Positions 56,407 to 64,000 of a stretch of 64,000 bases of DNA are shown in pieces. Within the stretch, counting starts at the first letter, position 1, and each line of letters begins with the position of its first letter. Under the pieces are notes generated by a model that had not been told where the DNA came from, did no database searches, and saw nothing but the letters and a program-made list of their open reading frames with translations. The position numbers and the translations under genes are program-made. Source of the stretch: Gammaproteobacteria bacterium (GTDB lineage Bacteria; Pseudomonadota; Gammaproteobacteria; Ga0077536); NCBI GenBank assembly GCA_963662545.2, contig CAXXLL010000003.1:704001-768000 (forward strand). The letters run 5' to 3'.

Positions 56407-58620
56407 TCAGCTTCCGAATACGGTGGGTCCTTCGGCGTCGTCGTCCGGACTGTCATCGTCTTCGGCATCGTCGGGTTTAACCGCGGGCAGCGTCCCTTCG
56501 GCCGTGATATCAAACACATCATCGATGGCCGGCGCCTCAGTGACCTGCTCCGGCAATAAAGTCGCGTCTTCGCTGTCCGTTTCTTCAAAATCGACGAGCG
56601 GCGTTTCGAAGGAATCGGTGCGCATGAATTCATCGAGGCTGATGTCGGAAGTTGCTTCGAGTGTTTCATTTTCGTCGCCGGTGAGAGAAGCGGGTAGCAG
56701 GGTCTCCGATTCGCGAAAATCTGCCTCGTCTCCGTCGCCGCTGAGCGAAGCGGGAAGCAAGGTTTCAGTTTCGCTGAGCTCTGCCTCGCCGCCGCCGATA
56801 CCCGGCTCCGTCAGCGGCGCCGGACCGTCATCGTCTTCAAAGCCGCTCATATCTTCGTCGTCCACCGGCCCCGGAATGAGACTGTCTTCGCCGAAAAAAG
56901 CCGACGCCTCGGCATCGAACGCGTCATCCGCTGGTCCGTCCGCTTCATAGCTTGGCGCAACGGTGACAAACTCAGGCCCTTCCTCGGCATCGCTGGGGTC
57001 GGTATCGACAAGAGCGGTTTGCGCTTCCGAATCGATCTCGACCGCTTCTACTTCGGCGGCCTGCGCGTCGCGGTGCCTGGCGGACAGCGCGGTTTCGGCT
57101 TCGTCATCGAAAATGTCGGCCTCGGGGTCCGGCGCCGCGGCGCCGGCAGTCAGGTCGATCACGTCGTCGGAGGGCTGTTCCTGCTCGATCACCTCGCCGA
57201 TCATGGTGGCTTCCAAGTCGTCGGGATCGGCGAATACCGTATGCCCCGCATCCTCCAATTCCGGCATGCTGAATTCGAACTCGTATTTATGAAATTTAAT
57301 ACGGTCGCCGTGTTTCAATTGCCGTTCGCCTTCAATACGTTCACCGTTCACGAACGTGCCGTTGACGCTGCCTTGTTCGATCAACCAGAACGAAAAATCG
57401 CGATACTGGATGATCGCGTGACGCCGCCCTACGGTGCCCTTATTGATGACGAAATAATCGAGGTTGGCCGGATCGTTACCGGCGACTCGGCAGATCATGA
57501 GGGCCTTGGTCCCGATCTGGACCGCCGGTTCATCGCTGATGCCGTGGATATCTTTGATGAATGCATCGGGCACCAACACCGGCTCCGCTTGCTGAGATGC
57601 CGGGGCACCCGCTACGCCGCGTCGCTTGCGGATCACCACGACAACGACTACGACGATACCGAGAAGCACAAGCGCAGCCAGCCCAAATACCAGGATCACC
57701 CCGAGCACGCCGTCTTCGGATACGGCCTGGTCCGCAGGTATGATTATCGCGGTCCCTTCCGGGGCCAGCGTCATTTCGGTGCATAGTTGCTCGGCCGCAA
57801 TGCCGACTTCGGCGGCCATCTGCTCGAATGCCACCCGTTCGTCCGGAACGAGACTGGCCATGCACTGACCCAATGCCGCAGAACCGGTAGTGGCGCTCGG
57901 GGTCGGTGCGGGAACCGGCGGCGGCGCTTCGAGTATTTCGTTGACCTTGGCGAAAACACCGGCGAGATCCTCCGGCGTCAACGCGCGAAAGTACGCGCCG
58001 TCGGTTTGCTTTGCGAGCGATTGAATCAGGAAAAAATCGGCGTTTTCGGTAAATGCGATGCCGAATACTTTGATGCCGCTGTCCGCCGCATCCGCCGCCA
58101 GCTCTTCGCGCATCCACTTGGCCTTTTCGCTGTCGACTTCCGGCTTGCCGGTGTCGACGATGCCGTCGGTCATGAAAATAATGACTTTGACCACGTCGTC
58201 ACGGGCATTGGCTTTGAGTTCGTAAATGGCGCGCTCGATGGCGGCCGGGCTGTCGGTAAACTTGCCGCGGTAATCGATGTCGTCAAGAGCGCGTTGGATA
58301 GCGGTGCGAGTGTTGACCGTCAACTCGGTCAAGGGCACCGAATATTTGACCTTCTCATCGAAAATCAAAATGCCGACGCGGGTTTCCTGATCCAGGTCGG
58401 AGACGAATTTACTGACCGCTCGTTTGGCCAGGAAATCGGGATCGTTTTTACGCATGCTGCCGGAATTGTCGAGCACCAGAATGGCATCCGTCGGCACGGC
58501 GGCAAGCGCGGCTGGCGCGAGCGCAAATCCGGTCAGGCAGCCGAACGCCGCCAGCACCGCGACCATGCAAGACCGCAGCGATCCCGACAAGCTGCGGCGT
58601 TTACTCCTCAATACGATCAT
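56407..58620 (-). CDS. Membrane protein: VWA domain, TM, FHA domain and acidic Thr-repeat tail (start may be 58566)
   Basis: Signal peptide, LDNSGSM MIDAS, FMTDG, TM followed by RKRR, VGRRH..SVNGTFVNG FHA, long D/E-rich tail. Confidence 0.82.
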   Translation of the reverse strand: MIVLRSKRRSLSGSLRSCMVAVLAAFGCLTGFALAPAALAAVPTDAILVLDNSGSMRKNDPDFLAKRAVSKFVSDLDQETRVGILIFDEKVKYSVPLTELTVNTRTAIQRALDDIDYRGKFTDSPAAIERAIYELKANARDDVVKVIIFMTDGIVDTGKPEVDSEKAKWMREELAADAADSGIKVFGIAFTENADFFLIQSLAKQTDGAYFRALTPEDLAGVFAKVNEILEAPPPVPAPTPSATTGSAALGQCMASLVPDERVAFEQMAAEVGIAAEQLCTEMTLAPEGTAIIIPADQAVSEDGVLGVILVFGLAALVLLGIVVVVVVVIRKRRGVAGAPASQQAEPVLVPDAFIKDIHGISDEPAVQIGTKALMICRVAGNDPANLDYFVINKGTVGRRHAIIQYRDFSFWLIEQGSVNGTFVNGERIEGERQLKHGDRIKFHKYEFEFSMPELEDAGHTVFADPDDLEATMIGEVIEQEQPSDDVIDLTAGAAAPDPEADIFDDEAETALSARHRDAQAAEVEAVEIDSEAQTALVDTDPSDAEEGPEFVTVAPSYEADGPADDAFDAEASAFFGEDSLIPGPVDDEDMSGFEDDDGPAPLTEPGIGGGEAELSETETLLPASLSGDGDEADFRESETLLPASLTGDENETLEATSDISLDEFMRTDSFETPLVDFEETDSEDATLLPEQVTEAPAIDDVFDITAEGTLPAVKPDDAEDDDSPDDDAEGPTVFGS
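56673..56788 (-). repeat. 60-bp (20-codon) degenerate tandem duplication in the acidic tail
   Basis: EAELSETETLLPASLSGD / EADFRESETLLPASLTGD; also visible at DNA level. Confidence 0.75.
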
Positions 58621-58903
58621 CTTCCCGCTTCTCCACCCGTCGCGGCTGGCCGCGCTCTATAATAATGCGCCGTATCCGCACGCGGAAGGATACCAAGACT
58701 CTCACGAAATTGTTGGCGCAAACGCTTGCGATCACGGAATTTTCCGTCGGAGCCGATGTTAATCTGCCAGCCGTGGTTGAAGGCGCCGGAAATATGCCCA
58801 GTCGGCGGTTCGACGCGATCGGTTGCGCGGCGATCCGAGGTTCCCCCTGGCAACTGTGCCAAGATTCCAATCGATGTTCGAACACGAACCGGTGAGATGC
58901 GAA

Positions 58904-59989
58904 ATGCGTGAACTGGTCCTGGCGCTCATTTTCACCACGACTTTATCCGGCTGTTCGACAATGGCGTATTACCGTCATGCCTTGACCGGACAGTTTGAGA
59001 TATGGCGCAATCAGGAACCGATCGAGGTACTCCTCGAGCGCGACACCCTGTCGCCCGCACTGCGCGAAAAATTGAACTACGCGGTGAATGCTCGCGATTT
59101 TGCCTTCGAACGACTCGCGCTGCCTGATAATGGCAGCTATCGAGACTATGTCGATCTGAAGCGTGATTTCGTCGTCTGGAACGTATTCGCAACCCCAGAG
59201 CTGTCACTCACACCGGTCCAATGGTGCTATCCATTCGCCGGGTGCTTCGGATACCGCGGGTTTTTCGATGAAGACCTCGCAATGCGACGCGCGGAGGCCC
59301 TGGAAACGGAAGGATTCGAAGTTTATATAGGCGGCGTATCCGCATATTCCACCCTGGGCTGGCTCGACGACCCGGTGTTGAGTTCCATCCTGAATCGGGA
59401 GAAACCGCGTATTGCCGAGATCATTTTTCATGAACTCGCGCACCAAAGGCTTTATGTCAAGGACGATACGACTTTCAACGAAAGTTTTGCGCTAGCCGTA
59501 GCTACGGCGGGATTACGATTGTGGATCCCGGCCCAGAACGGGAACTTGGCAGAATTTACGGAGGATCAACAGCGCGAACGCGAATTCATTACGCTCATCC
59601 TGCGGTTCCGGGAGAAGCTTGAAACTCTATATTCGAGCGACGAACCCGACGACAAAAAACGCAAGATCAAACGCGTAGTATTCACTGATCTTATCGCGGA
59701 ATATCGATCACTTAAGGCAACGTGGAACGGCGATTCATCGTATGACGAATGGGTGGGGACCGATCTGAACAACGCCAAAATCGCTTCCATTTCGACCTAT
59801 CACAATCATGCCAATGCGTTCATGTCTATACTTGAACGATACGATTATGACTTCACCGCTTTTTACACCGCAGTTGAAAATCTCGCGGCCTTCGAACCAT
59901 CGGAGCGCACGGCATGCTTGAGTGCGCTGACCAAGGGCATGCATATACAACCAGCATGCTCGATGGTAGTCGGGCTCGCGCAACCTTAA
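58904..59989 (+). CDS. Predicted zinc aminopeptidase lipoprotein
   Basis: Lipobox LSGC; WNVFATPELSL, AYSTLGW, IFHELAHQ, FNESFA. Confidence 0.85.
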   Translation: MRELVLALIFTTTLSGCSTMAYYRHALTGQFEIWRNQEPIEVLLERDTLSPALREKLNYAVNARDFAFERLALPDNGSYRDYVDLKRDFVVWNVFATPELSLTPVQWCYPFAGCFGYRGFFDEDLAMRRAEALETEGFEVYIGGVSAYSTLGWLDDPVLSSILNREKPRIAEIIFHELAHQRLYVKDDTTFNESFALAVATAGLRLWIPAQNGNLAEFTEDQQREREFITLILRFREKLETLYSSDEPDDKKRKIKRVVFTDLIAEYRSLKATWNGDSSYDEWVGTDLNNAKIASISTYHNHANAFMSILERYDYDFTAFYTAVENLAAFEPSERTACLSALTKGMHIQPACSMVVGLAQP

Positions 59990-60039
59990 CCGGTGTTTCG
60001 CTAAGGGCCTGCATCCGATCGATACTCAACGCCTTGTTG

Positions 60040-60636
60040 ATGATGATCGCGTGGACCGGTTTCACCGGATCCTATGCGGCGGACATGTACGCGCCTGCGC
60101 AACCGGTAGATCGTGGCTCGATACTCGTCGCCAGCGATTCGCTGCTCGACCCGCGCTTTGCCCGCTCCGTCGTGTTGATCACCGACTACGGCGTAGACGG
60201 AGCCGTCGGCGTGATCCTCAATCGCCCTACCCTTATTCGCGTGGTGGACGCGATCCCGGTGTTGGACAAGCTTTTGCATCACCCCGACAAGACCATGTAT
60301 TTCGGCGGTCCCGTGGCCCCCAATACCGCACGAGTGCTGATCGCCGCCGGGGAAGCGCTGCTTGGCGCAACGCGGATTGTCGACGGGGTTTACGGAATGG
60401 ACCGCATGTCCGTCCTCCTGCCGTATTTCGAGGAAGAGGAGTTCGCCCCTCGCACGAGGTTCTACGGCGGCTACGCCGGGTGGGGCGCCGGTCAACTGCA
60501 GCAAGAGATCCAGCGCGGCGACTGGATCGTCATCGAAGGCGACGCGACTACGATTTTCAGCGATACCGTGGACACGCTCTGGAAAGACCTGAGCGCGCGT
60601 TTTTCGGGCTTATGGGTACTGCTGGAAGCGTTGTAG
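60040..60636 (+). CDS. YqgE/AlgH (DUF179) family protein (start uncertain)
   Basis: DPRFARSVVL, GVILNRP, FGGPV, GYAGWGAGQLQQEI..GDW. Confidence 0.85.
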   Translation: MMIAWTGFTGSYAADMYAPAQPVDRGSILVASDSLLDPRFARSVVLITDYGVDGAVGVILNRPTLIRVVDAIPVLDKLLHHPDKTMYFGGPVAPNTARVLIAAGEALLGATRIVDGVYGMDRMSVLLPYFEEEEFAPRTRFYGGYAGWGAGQLQQEIQRGDWIVIEGDATTIFSDTVDTLWKDLSARFSGLWVLLEAL

Positions 60637-60849
60637 CGGCCGAACTGCAAAGCCTGGTGGGCTTTCAAACTTGTCTTGGCACGGTCCTGGAATGTATGTG
60701 AAGATCGTCACGGTTCGGGCACCGGATTGGCGTACTAGGAGCCCCGCCAACCTATAATCCAGGCGAGAAGGGGTCTGCCCCGCAATCCACCCTCTGGGGG
60801 GCCTATCTCGGGCACGTGGCAATCGTTACAACAATGAAGATCACTAGAC

Positions 60850-61767
60850 ATGCTCGAAAAGCTTTTTAGCAAAGCGTTGTCGCTCAATATCAGCGGCACA
60901 GATATATCGTTCAACACATTGGCGGAATTTGAGTTTGCGCTGGGCGGGCGAACCAACGTGCCTGCCAGCAAAATGACCGACCTCATCCTGCTGTCCCCGG
61001 GCGCGTTGAAGCACGAAGCGAAAAGTATCAAGTCCGTCGAAAAGCGGTTCGTAGACATTCTCTCCCGTTCCATCGAGCAGCCCGGTGAAATCGGAAAGCT
61101 CGTGCGGGACGTCGACATCCAGGTTTTCTCTAACGACTACGAGTGGCGGAATATCTTCAAGGCCTTGAACCAGCAGGACGAAGAATATGATGAGTTACGC
61201 CGCGTGGCAGTCGTCAAATACATGCAATACCTTCGCTCCCGCCAGGACGTTATAAAGCAGACTTATAAAGTCAAACTGAAAGAATCCAAAAAAGGTGCCG
61301 AGGAAAATAGCGGTGATTCGAATGAGGTGGGGGAATCGACGTCCCCGATGGAAGACACCAAGGATTTCCTGAAAGAAACGAACATCTTTGATTCGATCTC
61401 CATTGAAACGCCGCTGGACCTGTCAGAGGCATCGTTTACACGACTGCCGAAGGGTGAAGCGATCCACATCAAGCCCTACGAGGGCGTCGACTTCGACATG
61501 AAGTTATCAAAACACCATTTCATTTTTCGCAACGGGGAGTCAATGGAGATCGTGGACGAACATGGGGAGGCTCACCAGCTCAATGCCGGCAAAAATATTG
61601 TCGGCCGTGATTCTGTCTGCAACGTGGTGGTCGACAACTCGCTGCGTGACGTTTCCCGAATGCACCTCATCATCGAACCGCTCGATGATGGCATGATCAG
61701 ATTTACGGACTTGTCGTCACACGGAACTTTTCTGCCGTCGGGACTGGTTCCGAGTGTCGAAGACTAG
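60850..61767 (+). CDS. FHA domain-containing protein
   Basis: C-terminal IVGRD..DVSRMH..DLSSHGT; N-terminal helical region not recognised. Confidence 0.75.
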   Translation: MLEKLFSKALSLNISGTDISFNTLAEFEFALGGRTNVPASKMTDLILLSPGALKHEAKSIKSVEKRFVDILSRSIEQPGEIGKLVRDVDIQVFSNDYEWRNIFKALNQQDEEYDELRRVAVVKYMQYLRSRQDVIKQTYKVKLKESKKGAEENSGDSNEVGESTSPMEDTKDFLKETNIFDSISIETPLDLSEASFTRLPKGEAIHIKPYEGVDFDMKLSKHHFIFRNGESMEIVDEHGEAHQLNAGKNIVGRDSVCNVVVDNSLRDVSRMHLIIEPLDDGMIRFTDLSSHGTFLPSGLVPSVED

Positions 61768-61798
61768 GAGCCTATATTGTCATAAAGGCGCCGGCCCC

Positions 61799-62818
<1,020 letters not shown>

Positions 62819-62905
62819 TTATTCAATAGAATAATCTGGCGAGTCGCCGGCGCCGGCAACCATCACCCAGAGCATGGTGTAGCGGGATTAGCGGGGATTG
62901 TGGTG

Positions 62906-62941
62906 ACTGAAGCCCGAACCGCATCGCGTCCGGGCTTCAGT
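62906..62941. terminator. GC-rich hairpin downstream of DUF465 gene (possible terminator)
   Basis: actgaagcccg...cgggcttcagt stem; no clear U tract. Confidence 0.4.
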
Positions 62942-62961
62942 GGATGAAAACGTTCGCTGGG

Positions 62962-63183
62962 TTAATGGTTCAAACTATGTGCGTGGATGATCGCCTGCAT
63001 TCGATCGCGAAGCATGAGTTTTTCCTTTTTCAGGGTTTCTAATTCAAAGTGCTCCATGGCGGCACTGCCGGAATTGACCTCGTCGACTTTGACATTGAGG
63101 TCGCGGTGTTTGTCGTATAAACGGCGGAATCGGTCATCAGTGGTCAACAATTGGTCGACGGTAGCCTGATCGTATTCGAACAT
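62962..63183 (-). CDS. YdcH/DUF465 family small coiled-coil protein
   Basis: FRRLYDKHRDL..LETLKKEKLMLRDRM; GGAGGAG RBS. Confidence 0.85.
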   Translation of the reverse strand: MFEYDQATVDQLLTTDDRFRRLYDKHRDLNVKVDEVNSGSAAMEHFELETLKKEKLMLRDRMQAIIHAHSLNH

Positions 63184-63521
63184 ACGGCTCCTCCCGATGG
63201 TGCGGTTTTCATCTCTCTCCTTAGCAAAGCTAGATCAGCTGACGGCCTACGACAAGTGCTGTAACAATAATTTATCCAGCGGGCGCGAAATCCGGCAATC
63301 CGATCAGTCGGTTTGCCTCGATCGGTGAGCAACTCGTGACAAATATTCGATAAGCCTATGTTTTCGCAAGATTGTGATTGAAGTGTGCTGAACGTCTACG
63401 GCGCCGTACTTCTGGCGGTCCCTTCCGCCACGGTCCGTTGCAACGGCGTTGAGGCAGCGCCGGCACGGCACAACGGTGACGTACACTTGACGCGGTGCGA
63501 TATCGGGGCGCGGCGCATTTC

Positions 63522-64000
63522 ATGACTGAACACATCCTTTTCGTGACCGGCAAACTCGCGGAAAAAAGCTTGAAACGCGTTCTCGCGTCCATTGAGAACC
63601 GAGAGTTCAACTACGAGATCCGCGTACTCGGTGTCTCTGTCGCCGCATTACTGACCGCGGCCATGATTCGGCGGCGAGTTGGAACGGTCGAGGGTTTCGA
63701 TCGCGTGATTCTGCCTGGGCGCTGCCGCGGCGATCTCGACGGGCTGGCCGCCCACTGCGGCGTCCCGTTCGAACGTGGCCCCGAGGAACTCAAAGATCTC
63801 CCGACTTTCTTCGGTGCACGGGCGCACCCACGAAATGTCGCGCGCACCGACGTTACCCTTTTCGCGGAGATTGTCGACACGCCTCAGCTCGACATCGACG
63901 CGATCATCCATCGCGCCCGCCAATTCAGTGCCGACGGAGCAGACGTGATCGACCTCGGCTGTCTGCCTGATACGCCGTTCTTGCATCTTGAAGACGTGGT
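63522..64000 (+). CDS. Dihydropteroate-synthase-related protein (DUF6513 / methanopterin Orf20-like), 3'-truncated
   Basis: Own translation: MTEHILFVTGKLAE..VAALLT..ILPGRCRGDL..RGPEELKDLP..FAEIVD..GADVIDLGCLP; absent from the ORF track because it runs off the window. Confidence 0.8.
   Translation, partial: MTEHILFVTGKLAEKSLKRVLASIENREFNYEIRVLGVSVAALLTAAMIRRRVGTVEGFDRVILPGRCRGDLDGLAAHCGVPFERGPEELKDLPTFFGARAHPRNVARTDVTLFAEIVDTPQLDIDAIIHRARQFSADGADVIDLGCLPDTPFLHLEDV

Noticed and set aside
57787-58662. 291-aa plus-strand ORF
   Set aside because: Antisense shadow of the VWA-FHA gene.
60678-60695. Possible sigma-54 promoter ttggcacggtcctggaa upstream of the FHA gene
   Set aside because: The -24 element is good but the -12 position reads GA instead of the required GC.

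Overview
GC-rich bacterial chromosome segment, most consistent with a gammaproteobacterium (birA-coaX-SPOR-tRNA-Thr block, cysB, uup, yaaA, a CTG-N10-CAG LexA box). Housekeeping genes (dacB, gltA, patB-like, zur/ZIP, yaaA, cyclophilin, uup, birA, coaX, cysB) are mixed with catabolic accessory blocks. These are a hydantoinase/oxoprolinase A+B pair, an amidase plus cobalt-type nitrile hydratase operon, two F420-type oxidoreductases, a five-gene acetophenone-carboxylase-like (apcABCDE-like) operon and a roughly 14 kb trans-envelope cluster (MMPL/RND, YCF48-like, DUF1302, ExbB, two ExbD, TonB-like protein ending in a VWA domain, TPR-like protein, CobW, Tat-exported DUF1329). The most unusual signals are: (1) a DUF222-HNH nuclease gene with a LexA box, next to tRNA-Thr, that carries two perfect parS-like DNA palindromes (28 and 20 bp) inside its own coding sequence; (2) an ExbB/ExbD(Asp)/ExbD(Asn) motor coupled to a TonB-like protein with a VWA domain in place of the TonB C-terminal domain; (3) several miniature inverted-repeat elements with different ends but a shared central loop. 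No CRISPR array, rRNA, integrase or transposase was seen. All family assignments come from motif recognition by eye, with no database search.
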